Of a DNA stretch of 64,000 bases, positions 47,201 through 55,756 are shown in pieces. Numbering within the stretch: the first letter of the stretch is position 1; every line of letters starts with the position of its first letter. Made by a program: the position numbers and the translations under genes. The notes below the pieces were generated by a model. That model did no database searches, had not been told where the DNA came from, and worked only from the letters and a program-made list of their open reading frames with translations. Where the stretch lies: positions 412,249-476,248 of the IMG/VR virus record IMGVR_UViG_3300018080_008436. One strand, 5' to 3'.

Positions 47201-47779
47201 TCCTGAGGAAATTGGAGCACCTTCTGGTCGAATTTGGGAAAAATCGAAGATCACTTCATATCCTTGATATTCTGGGAAAGGAACGTCATCTCCAATAAAA
47301 AATGAAGATAACAAAACCCCGACAGAATCGGCCCATCCTTCGATGCTGTCTGGGATTACGAAAGTCTTAGTCCCTTTAGTCGGGTTGGCTATGCCAGGAA
47401 GCTTCGCGACATGGTGGGTTTGAACTGAAAATCCGATTCCACAACCACAAAGTAAAAGGAACATACCTTCTTGAAAAAATCTTGGTCTGTCACAATACGA
47501 GACCGTACAATTGTATAACTTCTCATGCTTGTCTAGAATTGGTTTCCCCCCAAACTGCAATGCCCTTTGAGATCCAAGAACCCTTTTTCTTCGAACCATT
47601 CGTTCTGCGAAATCCATTTCTTCTTTTAATTGCTCACAAATCTCTGGCCCAAGCTTCTTTCGATGCATGTCAAATACTCTAGTGACTTGTTCTTCCCAAG
47701 TCTCTCGTCTTTTCATCTCAGGTAGGTATTTGGCATACTTCGAAAAACGTGTATATTCTTGAAGTGCTCTGACGGACAT
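44276..47779 (-). CDS. nrdJ: class II (adenosylcobalamin-dependent) ribonucleotide reductase with intein
   Basis: RRETWEE, YNCTV, GCGIGFSV, GGIRRSA, GEPGF, NP[intein]CVEI, CNLCEIN, TCVKPAGS, HNVSNT and C-terminal CSGGHCE. Confidence 0.9.
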   Translation of the reverse strand: MSVRALQEYTRFSKYAKYLPEMKRRETWEEQVTRVFDMHRKKLGPEICEQLKEEMDFAERMVRRKRVLGSQRALQFGGKPILDKHEKLYNCTVSYCDRPRFFQEGMFLLLCGCGIGFSVQTHHVAKLPGIANPTKGTKTFVIPDSIEGWADSVGVLLSSFFIGDDVPFPEYQGYEVIFDFSQIRPEGAPISSGSKAPGPDGLKISLYNINVLLNRCCKFGDCLRPIDAYDIMMHSSDAVLSGGIRRSASICLFSPEDEEMAKAKTGAWRKENPQRGRSNNSVILVRSETSKEQFMKFIELNKEFGEPGFVWAESNDIVYNPCVSGDTWVMTDHGPKKAKNLLGKQFGAIVDGQVYPTTKKGMFETGEKELFGLETKEGFCIEATSNHQIMTPEGWVELKDLNVGDQIVLHNHQNLTWKGEGFHETFDKGWLLGSLLGDGTFTKNSALLDYWGESRSHMMKMAIKRIKMSGLHTYKEMTGGKQTSNVGKLRLYSSGLKKMAEYYGIKRGEKEIGCKIEGSSSDMYRGFLQGYFDADGSVQGDLKKGMSIRLHSISLNNLKTVQRMLLRLGIVSKVYKNRRGEGFKPMPDGKGGKKDYFCQTAHELVISNESIWVYRNRIGFSEPYKIQKLDSLLSQYKRKPNKSKFIATVASKESKGIEKVYDCTVPVVHAFDGNGVYVHNCVEIGMVPKLPLNDQFRKEFASAVIAQDNNEYLSGWQFCNLCEINVKKVKTEEDFLDSCKAAAIIGTIQASYDTFHYLGNITQEIVKLEALLGVSMTGMADNPDMAFDPALQRKGAKLILKTNEKIAGILGINLCARATCVKPAGSTSCVLGTASGIHPHHAKRYFRRVQANKLETPLKYFEKHNPDAIEESVWSNNNTDVVITFLCEVPDGAKTKNQVGAITLLENVKLTQQNWVESGTRHDTAIYPWLRHNVSNTINIKPHEWDDVANHIYRNRRYYAGISMLPMSGDKDYPQAPFTAVMTITEIVREYGDGSLFASGLIVDGLRVFKDNLWEACDCLLGIGEIIYVDPLRNKISRDFETNGIKWKNEGLSPDSPDKLLEAWLNHNVENYKEKLDWVRRAKQFADRYFEGDVRKMTYCLKDVANWKKWLDLTRTYIDVDWSGCYEDEYGNLDNYGGGAGDACSGGHCESGALGVSIREKLSEKDS
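45740..46816 (-). mobile_element. 359-aa intein with LAGLIDADG homing endonuclease, inserted before the catalytic Cys of RNR
   Basis: Begins CVSGDT, block B ATSNHQI, WLLGSLLGDG and FLQGYFDADG motifs, ends VYDCTV...VHN followed by C. Confidence 0.92.
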
Positions 47780-47790
47780 AAAGTGTCTCC

Positions 47791-49011
47791 TTATTTCTCT
47801 ATTAAATCTTCTACAAAACTACTGACAACTTCGAACATAAACTGCTTTACATCCCCCCTAAAGTCATCCACATCATCGATTGGTTGATCCAATCGTTTCA
47901 ATAACTCTCTCCCATCTTCAACAATGTCTTCTGTGTCATCAAACGTTTGCAGTTTTATCAGAGCATCTTTGATTTCATCATGCACTTGCAATCTCCAGGG
48001 TTCTTTGCGATAAATATCACTACAATTTAACAATCTCAAGTCATGAACTTGGTTTTTGTCTGAAAAATTTCTGGAGATATGATAGCTATGAGTTGTTGTG
48101 ATGATTTGACTATCCTCAAAACATCTTTTCATAGCCCTGATTAAAGGTAAATGTCTTCCACTTTCAACATGCATTTCTACATTATCTATTAGGATTATAG
48201 ATGGGACGTATTCTAAATTCAAAAGAGAAGAAAATGTTTTCATGATTTTCCTCTCTCCATCGCTACATTCTTTATAGTGAATTGTTTCATTGGGTTTGTG
48301 TACGTAGAACCCGAACACATACTCTTTTTTAATTCTGGAGTTTCCGACAGAGAATTCCGTTTCTTCTTCTTCTATCTCAAATCCAGTTACAGCTTCAAAC
48401 AATTCTTTGAAGATCACCCATTTACCTCTGTCCAATTGGAACTTTCTTAGCTCCTGATCAAATCGAGTGAAGTAACATAATCTCATTACGAGATTTCTGA
48501 TTTTTTCAGGGTGTCCTTTCTTAAATCCCTCCTTAGTGAGTATAACTTCATAATCTCCCAAAGATGTCCCCAGAGTTGCCCTAATGCAGAAGTCGGCATC
48601 CCCATAAACACCTGACTTATCCCCTCCTTCCACATGACGAACAGCCTTACCAAGTATGGATTTTAGACGAACTTCATCATATTGTTCGTAATTAGTAAAA
48701 AGGGAGTAAATAATTTCAAGGGTTGTTGACTTTCCACAGCCATTGGGTCCGATAAAACAGGCAAAATTGCTGGTTTCATCTTTATAAGTAAAGTCTATTA
48801 AGAAGTCATGGAAGATTTTATAGTCTCTTATGTAGAGACGCTTCACTTTGACGTAAGGAAAATCTTTCTCTGAGAAATTGGGCATAGCAGAAATGAGCTT
48901 CTGAAGGTCATCAGTGACATTTGTCTCATTGGTTACCTGATCTTCGGCACAATCAAACTCAGTTTTGTTCTCTATGAAAAAATCTTTACCTTTTGTCGTC
49001 ACTTCGTCCAT
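47791..49011 (-). CDS. ABC-type ATPase (AAA_15/AAA_21, OLD/AbiEii-like)
   Basis: GPNGCGKST, signature-like CSDGE, Walker B ILIDNVEMH, H-loop TTHS. Confidence 0.75.
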   Translation of the reverse strand: MDEVTTKGKDFFIENKTEFDCAEDQVTNETNVTDDLQKLISAMPNFSEKDFPYVKVKRLYIRDYKIFHDFLIDFTYKDETSNFACFIGPNGCGKSTTLEIIYSLFTNYEQYDEVRLKSILGKAVRHVEGGDKSGVYGDADFCIRATLGTSLGDYEVILTKEGFKKGHPEKIRNLVMRLCYFTRFDQELRKFQLDRGKWVIFKELFEAVTGFEIEEEETEFSVGNSRIKKEYVFGFYVHKPNETIHYKECSDGERKIMKTFSSLLNLEYVPSIILIDNVEMHVESGRHLPLIRAMKRCFEDSQIITTTHSYHISRNFSDKNQVHDLRLLNCSDIYRKEPWRLQVHDEIKDALIKLQTFDDTEDIVEDGRELLKRLDQPIDDVDDFRGDVKQFMFEVVSSFVEDLIEK

Positions 49012-49174
49012 ACTTGCCTCCGCATAACTTCTTTGTTACTGTTCTATCAATAATCATTCGTCGTTTTTCATATTCAGTTTCAGGTTCAGGTGCAGGTTTA
49101 TTTTCTGTATTTACTCTTGCACCATCTGGCACATGGACATAGAATCCACCCAATTCATATTTTTCATCATTCAT
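48986..49174 (-). CDS. small hypothetical protein
   Basis: 62-aa ORF filling the operon gap. Confidence 0.45.
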   Translation of the reverse strand: MNDEKYELGGFYVHVPDGARVNTENKPAPEPETEYEKRRMIIDRTVTKKLCGGKYGRSDDKR

Positions 49175-49178
49175 TCTA

Positions 49179-49649
49179 TTACCAATCCAAAGATCTGAGT
49201 TCTTCAGTAAGTATTCTGGGCAGTAGACTTATGTGAAATTTAAATTTTGCAACATTTCCGAGAACTGTTACACCAAACTTTCTATGAGTTTTTGACGATA
49301 TCGCCTCAATATAATCTTGTGCTTCTAATTTAGAGGTTAACTCTACAAATTGGCTGATATTCTCTCTTACCAAGAACTCTCCCAAGAAGTCGATCATGAA
49401 AGTGGAGAAGAACTCTTTCTCATATTTGATGTAGGTTTCTCTATCAAACCCCATATCATCCATGAATACTGAGAAAGTGATATCTTCGGTATCAATCGCT
49501 TCTTCATTTTCATTTTGAGACTGGACAAAAGAAAGAGATCTGATTTGAGGCTTCGTTTTTATAAAGCGCTCAATCATTTCTCGACAATGAAAACACTTGC
49601 CTCCATTCGAGTCTTGAAACAACTTATTGTTTGTTTGCTCTTTATTCAC
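49179..49649 (-). CDS. hypothetical protein
   Basis: 156-aa ORF. Confidence 0.6.
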   Translation of the reverse strand: MNKEQTNNKLFQDSNGGKCFHCREMIERFIKTKPQIRSLSFVQSQNENEEAIDTEDITFSVFMDDMGFDRETYIKYEKEFFSTFMIDFLGEFLVRENISQFVELTSKLEAQDYIEAISSKTHRKFGVTVLGNVAKFKFHISLLPRILTEELRSLDW

Positions 49650-49716
49650 TTAATCTTGCCCTTGTTAGATTATGGTTATAAGCCTTTGATATTATAACCT
49701 GAGACGACCCAAAATC

Positions 49717-50184
49717 CTAGAACTTTATTGTCATTTTTAGGCCGACCTTTAAATTTTTCTTAAGTTTATCTCCGATTTCTTGGATATCGTCGTTCATATA
49801 GTCTGGACCTTCGCCTTCTTTGAAAGGTGTAAGTCCAATATCTGGTCTGACATGTTTCTTTATAAAATTACCTATTCTTCCCAATCTCGTCTTGGGTCTT
49901 TTGTCGAATTCTGTCTCTTGAACTGGCTCAACACTCTCTAAAATTTCTTTCTTTTCTTCGTCTGTAAGTCTAAATATCTCGGTTTTAGTTGGCGGTTTTG
50001 AGTCTTCCGTTTCGACTATTTCCACCTTATCCTCTGAAGTTCCAAAAAGAGAGTTCAAATCGTCTTGGACATCTTCCAGTTTTTCCGTCTCTTTTTGTTT
50101 TTGAAGTGCTTTTTCGGCTTCTCTAGCTTCTTTCTCCCGCCGTCTTCTCTCTTTTCTTTCTCGGAGTTTTCGTAGTAATCCCAT
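49717..50184 (-). CDS. charged hypothetical protein
   Basis: 155-aa ORF; AGG-N19-GAA at 50232-50256. Confidence 0.6.
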   Translation of the reverse strand: MGLLRKLRERKERRRREKEAREAEKALQKQKETEKLEDVQDDLNSLFGTSEDKVEIVETEDSKPPTKTEIFRLTDEEKKEILESVEPVQETEFDKRPKTRLGRIGNFIKKHVRPDIGLTPFKEGEGPDYMNDDIQEIGDKLKKNLKVGLKMTIKF

Positions 50185-50189
50185 GTGAA

Positions 50190-50256
50190 AGGTTTTTCTC
50201 GATTTTAGTTAGAATTATTGGTAAGTTATAGTTCAAAAAAGTCAAGTTAAAAACCT
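50190..50256. promoter_or_regulatory. face-to-face AGG-N19-GAA promoter pair serving divergent genes
   Basis: Plus strand 50190-50214 (AGG tttttctcgattttagtta GAATTA); minus strand 50232-50256. Confidence 0.65.
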
Positions 50257-50267
50257 GTATCTGAAAA

Positions 50268-51044
50268 ATGATTAACAACAAAAATAATTGGTATTCTGAG
50301 GCTAGAGAAGCCTCTTTAATCGTTCAAGAAGCTGGTATCACTGATAACTGGAAAACATTGGTGTTTGCGGTTGCACTTGTTTTATCAGGGTTATCTCTAA
50401 TTGATGTATCTGAGAAGACTGGATTACCACCTGAACAAATACAACAAGCCCTCAATAATAAAGAAATAGTTGAACAAGCTCAAAATCAGGAAGAATCATC
50501 AATGCCTAGATTAGATTTCTCTGGAATCGAGGAATTAATTCGACAGCATGAAGTTTCTGGTGCCGAAAGGTATGTTAGAGTTAAAGGTAAAAACGTTGAC
50601 ATAAGAAAAGCATATCCTGATCCTATTCATGGATGGAAAGTTCCAACCATTGGTGTTGGTTATAATTTAAACAAACCTGAAGCCAGAGGGGAAATTGAAG
50701 CTCTAGGACTAGATTATGACAAAGTCCGTAAAGGAGAGCAAGCCCTAACTGATGAACAGGTAAATATACTATACCGAGACGATATAGCAAAAGCAATACT
50801 TTCTGCAAGAAGATTCCTACCGAATTTCGATCAACAACCAACTGAAGTAAAAACAGTAATCGTAGACATGGCTTTTAATTTAGGTGAAACCCGATTGAGA
50901 AAATTTAAAAAATTCAGGAAAGCGCTCGAAAACAACAATTATCAAGAAGCCGCAGAAGAGATGAAAAACTCTAGGTGGTATCATCAAGTTGGGAATAGAG
51001 CGAAAAGAAACGTTGAAAAAATGTTGGAATTTCACTCCAAATAG
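50268..51044 (+). CDS. T4-type (GH24) lysozyme with WY-type leader and hydrophobic helix
   Basis: IRQHE...AYPD...PTIGVGYNL, DMAFNLG, SRWYHQVGNRA; N-terminal NNWYSEAREA and LVFAVALVLSGL. Confidence 0.85.
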   Translation: MINNKNNWYSEAREASLIVQEAGITDNWKTLVFAVALVLSGLSLIDVSEKTGLPPEQIQQALNNKEIVEQAQNQEESSMPRLDFSGIEELIRQHEVSGAERYVRVKGKNVDIRKAYPDPIHGWKVPTIGVGYNLNKPEARGEIEALGLDYDKVRKGEQALTDEQVNILYRDDIAKAILSARRFLPNFDQQPTEVKTVIVDMAFNLGETRLRKFKKFRKALENNNYQEAAEEMKNSRWYHQVGNRAKRNVEKMLEFHSK

Positions 51045-51190
51045 CCTATTTTTTCTCCCAGAATCGTAACACTTATATAATACTATATCTTACTTATTAA
51101 TATAATAACTTATTATAATAATAAAGGCGAAACCCAACTTTCACAAACCATTGATAACTTTATTGTTACATAAGTGCTATTTATTTTTCG

Positions 51191-51298
51191 TTAGTAAAAA
51201 TTACTAACCCTTGAGCCACACTTTAGTAAAAATTACTAACGAAAAATTAAAGATTAGTAAAAATTACTAATTTGCCATTTTTTAGTAAAAATTACTAA
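51191..51298. repeat. four identical 17-bp palindromes TTAGTAA-AAA-TTACTAA
   Basis: Copies at 51191, 51223, 51254 and 51282. Confidence 0.95.
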
Positions 51299-51447
51299 TT
51301 TGCAAAAATCTTGCATTTTTTCTTGGAATCAGAAAATGTGGTTGTATAATGACAATATGCTTTCGAAACCAATTGTTTTGAAAGTGAACCCTTCCTAGCG
51401 GGGTATAGGCTAGAGAGCGAGAGACATAATAAAAGGAGAAAAGTATC

Positions 51448-52371
51448 ATGTCTAATGAAACGCCCACCGACTCTTGGGAGTCAAGAATCAACCAAGTTGC
51501 TAAGATCCTTAGCAAAACCCCAGATGACATTGAGGAAATCCTCAGTGCAGATCCGTTCAGAATTACTCAGGACCCAAACCGTCTTGAGATGCTGGCGGAT
51601 GAAGAAGTAACCCCATTCGGAGATCTTCGCAAGATGTTTTGCGATGAGAATGGAGTTTCCCTACCCCAATTACGTATGTGCATGAAAGTATTACGTGGAC
51701 CTAAAGGTAGCCAGAAGGCTTCTGAAATGGATACAAACGTACTTGCTTTCAATGCTAAGTATGGATTGGAAACTCATGTAGAAGATCTGGACATTGAACA
51801 GATCCTCCCATTCTACAATCCCAAAAAGCGCAATAGAATTCATGAACTCATTCGTGATCGTTATGAAAGTGAGTTCGGCCCTGTTATCGCTTTCAAACCG
51901 AACTCTGAAAAGATTGCTGTTGAAGAAACACTTGATTACATTGCTGATCTTGAATCTGGCCTTCCAGCAGAAGAAAGTATCGAGGTAGATGGGGAACTTG
52001 TCCGTCTTTATAAAGTTGGAGAAGTTCCAAACGAAAAGGTCGATGAAGATCCACTCTTCCCAGACTGTCCATTGAGAAAAGGCCGTTCTACTCATAACAG
52101 AGTGAATTGGACTGACATCTCAATAGAAGTTCGTCAATTCTTCCGCATTCTTCATGAGTATTCTGAGGATATCGATCCAAACAATCGTCTTGAACTACGT
52201 AAAGTGGTTCGTCTTCCTCTTGATGAACTTAGAGAAATCTTCCCAGAAATCTATTTGATTTACAAAGAGCTTAAGGCAGACAACAAACTGCCAAGTTTGA
52301 AGATGTCTTTAAGAACCGTTACTTCAAGAACGCAAAATCCATTTGCCATTGGCAGAAACAGAACTCGATAA
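51448..52371 (+). CDS. hypothetical protein
   Basis: 307 aa, strong AAGGAG SD, TGTATAAT at ~51343-51350. Confidence 0.75.
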   Translation: MSNETPTDSWESRINQVAKILSKTPDDIEEILSADPFRITQDPNRLEMLADEEVTPFGDLRKMFCDENGVSLPQLRMCMKVLRGPKGSQKASEMDTNVLAFNAKYGLETHVEDLDIEQILPFYNPKKRNRIHELIRDRYESEFGPVIAFKPNSEKIAVEETLDYIADLESGLPAEESIEVDGELVRLYKVGEVPNEKVDEDPLFPDCPLRKGRSTHNRVNWTDISIEVRQFFRILHEYSEDIDPNNRLELRKVVRLPLDELREIFPEIYLIYKELKADNKLPSLKMSLRTVTSRTQNPFAIGRNRTR

Positions 52372-52425
52372 AAATATAAGGGAGTGGGGTTATCCTCACT
52401 CCCTTTACTTTCTGGGAGAATAATT

Positions 52426-53571
52426 ATGAAAAATTTTGATACCGTATGGGATTATGAATACTGGATGAAATCCAATGGGATGTTTGTTGGACTAAATACC
52501 CCCGAAGCTCTTAAGTCCGAAGATTTTAATCATGGTCTGCCACCATATGCTAGAAGAAAATCATTTCTAGTAGATGAATACCCAGCTTGCCCTAAAAACT
52601 GGATGCAAAGTGAAGGAACGTTAGCCAGTTATTTTGTTCCTGTAAAAGAAGGTAATGGAATGTGGTTAGATTTCAATAAAAACTATGACCATGACTATGA
52701 TGTGGCTATCGTCATTTCAATTCAAGGTGTAAACCCAATTTCAGGTTTACCTTGTAAAGATGAATATCTGGAGCAATACATTGAATGTTGTCCAAAATGC
52801 GAGACTCCTTTCAAACCAGATAGGTTGTGTGAGAAGTGTAACATTAGATATCCTAAGCAGAATTATATTGCTACAACTACAACTCCAAAAGGCAAACTTT
52901 GGCTTGATGGGTTCAGAAGTTTAGAGGGTATCGTTCGTCAATACATTTTAACAGCAGAAAAAATGAGAGGTGTCGCATCTAACGTAAAAGGAGTTGGGAG
53001 CAATAGAGTGTTCGCTATTGGAGTCTCTTTCTTTTTAAGTAAGGAAAAGAAACCAGTATATGAATCTTCATCTTCGTCTTCATCATGGGGGTTCCCATGT
53101 TCATCATCTTCTTCGTCTTCTATTGGAAGTGCATCATCATCTTCGATTCCTGACGCTTATGAAGATGATGACGACGATTACACATATTTGGATATGGATT
53201 TTGAAAGTATAAGTAGCGCTGACAACAAATCCAGTGAGAGTTACAAGATTACATGTGACAACTCTGACATACATAAAGTTTTTTCCAAAAAATCACGTCT
53301 CTCTAAACCACAACGTTCAGCCAAACCAGTAACTTGCAACTTTATCCAACAAGTTAAAACCAAAAAGCTTGAGGTTGGTGCTGGAGCGAACATTGATCAA
53401 CAGGTTTATGATGATAACGAAAAGATTGATTTCTGGAGAAGTGAACCTGAAGCCAGAATTTGCGTAAATTACGTCCTTGAGGAAGACGCAGTTAAGATCA
53501 TTGAGCAAGGAAGAAGAATATTGGAAGGCCACAAGGAAGGCTTTCTGCAAAACGTACCAGTAGGAAATTAA
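52426..53571 (+). CDS. conserved protein of unknown function (MWLDF...VNPISG...WLDGF...VRQY...GAGA.I.Q family) with Zn-ribbon insert
   Basis: Start reassigned to 52426; motif pattern recalled from an uncharacterised family; CPKC..C..C insert. Confidence 0.65.
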   Translation: MKNFDTVWDYEYWMKSNGMFVGLNTPEALKSEDFNHGLPPYARRKSFLVDEYPACPKNWMQSEGTLASYFVPVKEGNGMWLDFNKNYDHDYDVAIVISIQGVNPISGLPCKDEYLEQYIECCPKCETPFKPDRLCEKCNIRYPKQNYIATTTTPKGKLWLDGFRSLEGIVRQYILTAEKMRGVASNVKGVGSNRVFAIGVSFFLSKEKKPVYESSSSSSSWGFPCSSSSSSSIGSASSSSIPDAYEDDDDDYTYLDMDFESISSADNKSSESYKITCDNSDIHKVFSKKSRLSKPQRSAKPVTCNFIQQVKTKKLEVGAGANIDQQVYDDNEKIDFWRSEPEARICVNYVLEEDAVKIIEQGRRILEGHKEGFLQNVPVGN

Positions 53572-53582
53572 GGAGAATTAAA

Positions 53583-54281
53583 ATGCCTAGAGAAGATTAT
53601 ACCCATTTAGTTTTTGTCGTTGATCGTTCTGGATCTATGTCTGGAATCGCATCAACAATGTGTGAAGGATATAACGGACTTATGGTTGATCAAAGAGAAG
53701 TCGATGGTAAAGCAACCGTCACATTAGCTCAATTTGATGACCGATATGAGTTGTTATATGATATGGTTGACATTGAGACCGTTCCAGAGCTTACATTGCA
53801 ACCAAGAGGCTGTACGGCCCTTCTGGACGCAATGGGAAGGACCATGAATACTGTCTTAGAACAGATTATGGAGATGGAAGAGTCTGAAAGACCAGCAAGA
53901 TGTCTGTTTGTTACCATTACTGACGGTGGAGAAAATTCATCAATGGAATATACCAGAGATCGGATTTTCCAAATGATCCAGGATTGCCAGGAAAGAGACG
54001 ATATTAACTTTGACTTCACTTTCCTTGGAGCTAACCAAGATGCTATCGCTGTTGGTGGAGGTCTTGGTATTCGTCAAGATGCGGCTTTGACTTATGCCGC
54101 AAACAATGTCTCTGCTCAAGCAATGTGCGATACTTTGTCAAGAAGCATGACGCAGTATAGATGTTGTAAATCTAGGGATGCTTCATTGAGTTATTCTCTT
54201 GAAGATCGGGAAAATGTATTGGGAGAAAACCCCCTTGTCCCTGACATCGATTCTGATGTAATCAAGAATTTCAAGAAATAA
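53583..54281 (+). CDS. von Willebrand factor A domain protein
   Basis: MIDAS DRSGS, GCTALLDA, ITDGGENSS, FLGANQDA. Confidence 0.88.
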   Translation: MPREDYTHLVFVVDRSGSMSGIASTMCEGYNGLMVDQREVDGKATVTLAQFDDRYELLYDMVDIETVPELTLQPRGCTALLDAMGRTMNTVLEQIMEMEESERPARCLFVTITDGGENSSMEYTRDRIFQMIQDCQERDDINFDFTFLGANQDAIAVGGGLGIRQDAALTYAANNVSAQAMCDTLSRSMTQYRCCKSRDASLSYSLEDRENVLGENPLVPDIDSDVIKNFKK

Positions 54282-54293
54282 TTCATCGTACAG

Positions 54294-54346
54294 TTGTCAA
54301 ATATCCAACGGTTAGTTATAATATCTCTAACCGTTGGATATTTTTT
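54294..54346 (+). promoter_or_regulatory. sigma70-type promoter (TTGTCA-17-TATAAT) nested in a terminator hairpin
   Basis: 16-bp inverted repeat 54300-54315/54327-54342 plus T-tract; the -10 lies in the loop. Confidence 0.75.
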
Positions 54347-54369
54347 GTTAAGATTAGGAGAATAAAGAC

Positions 54370-54942
54370 ATGGGTAAAGAAGACACCAATCCCTGCAACA
54401 ATCTTGAAGACAACCGAATTATTTATGTAAATGGAAATTTCAACGAAGAAATGACCAAGAACATATATGAAAAGCTAATAGCACTGGAAACAAAAGATCC
54501 TAGAAAAGACATTTTCATGGTCATTGACTCTTATGGTGGATACTGCCACAGCTTCCTTGCAATTCATGATGCCATGAAAATGTGTAGGTGTGATGTTGCA
54601 ACGTTTTGTATTGGGAAAGCTATGTCATGTGGGCAAATGTTATTGATGTCTGGGACTAAGGGTAAGAGATTTGCCTCCCCAAATTGCAGAATACTTGTCC
54701 ATCAACTTTCTAGTGCTTGTTGGGGAACTTTGTCAGAAATGCAGGTCGAAGTTACTGAGAGTGAAGAAATCCAGAAAATTATGGACAAAATCATTCTTGA
54801 GAACACTGGGATGACCAAAAGGGAATTAAAAAAGCTGATGTCAAGAGATTCTTATCTATCTCCAGAAGAAGCTATAGAATTTGGAATTGTTGATAAGGTC
54901 GTTACCAGTTATAAAGACATTTACAAAACGGTAAAAATCTAA
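54370..54942 (+). CDS. clpP: ClpP-family serine protease
   Basis: IDSYGG, GKAMSCG (Ser), ILVHQ (His), RDSYLSPEEAIEFGIVDKV (Asp). Confidence 0.9.
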   Translation: MGKEDTNPCNNLEDNRIIYVNGNFNEEMTKNIYEKLIALETKDPRKDIFMVIDSYGGYCHSFLAIHDAMKMCRCDVATFCIGKAMSCGQMLLMSGTKGKRFASPNCRILVHQLSSACWGTLSEMQVEVTESEEIQKIMDKIILENTGMTKRELKKLMSRDSYLSPEEAIEFGIVDKVVTSYKDIYKTVKI

Positions 54943-55746
54943 TTACCAGACTGTTCTATAGATCTTCAAGCCAAGAACATGATTGTTTTGTGTTCCTGCT
55001 GGATAATAAACATATGTTCTTACCCTTGCCGCTTCTTGAGTAACACTTGGGTCCAATGGGAATCCGAATGTATTCAAACAGCTAATCCATTGCCCTTCAT
55101 AAGGGTATAGATAACTATCAAAGAATGGTAGTGATCCTCCCATAGAAGTAGGTATATTAGGTGCCAATACACAATAGAGTTGATGCCCCCAAGCGTCTCC
55201 ACTTAGGTTTTTATCACACCAGAAAGTTCCCCCCATTGTATCAACATCCAATGCGGCTGGAGTTTCTGCTTGATCATTAGCTACATAATCCCATATAGAT
55301 AAAACACCATTATTGTTTGCATCAGTCTCATCTGAGCAAGCTGTGTAGCCTGAAGAATCGTCCCCTTTATAACATCCAACAAAAGATAGCTCTCCCCAAC
55401 TTGTCCTTTTATTGGTTGAAGTGTTAACTCTCAAATCTTCGAATGTATCAGAAAGTGTTGCTGTTGTTAATTTAAAATCTCTAAATGACATGTAGTAACC
55501 AGATCTTGCTGGTTGTTGAACAAATCTTTGAACATAACCAACTGTTGGTTTCTCAAGTGTAGCCATGTTTGCAATTTCTACAGCTTCCCCTTCTGTTGTT
55601 TCTACAACACTAGTTTTATTACTGTCAATTGTATGTCCAACTGGATCTGCTGGACAAGTTGTTGGTGCTGTTTCACTTTCTGACCAGAGATATTCCCATT
55701 GAGAATCAGTGTCGCACCATACTCTATATTTATATAATACTGCCAT
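54943..55746 (-). CDS. hypothetical virion (tail/fibre-associated) protein
   Basis: 267 aa, last gene of the fibre operon. Confidence 0.6.
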   Translation of the reverse strand: MAVLYKYRVWCDTDSQWEYLWSESETAPTTCPADPVGHTIDSNKTSVVETTEGEAVEIANMATLEKPTVGYVQRFVQQPARSGYYMSFRDFKLTTATLSDTFEDLRVNTSTNKRTSWGELSFVGCYKGDDSSGYTACSDETDANNNGVLSIWDYVANDQAETPAALDVDTMGGTFWCDKNLSGDAWGHQLYCVLAPNIPTSMGGSLPFFDSYLYPYEGQWISCLNTFGFPLDPSVTQEAARVRTYVYYPAGTQNNHVLGLKIYRTVW

Positions 55747-55756
55747 AATTTTCTCT

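Noticed and set aside
51191-51298. CRISPR mini-array
   Set aside because: Repeats are 17 bp with only 11-15-nt spacers, too short for CRISPR, and no cas genes are present; it fits protein-binding sites better.
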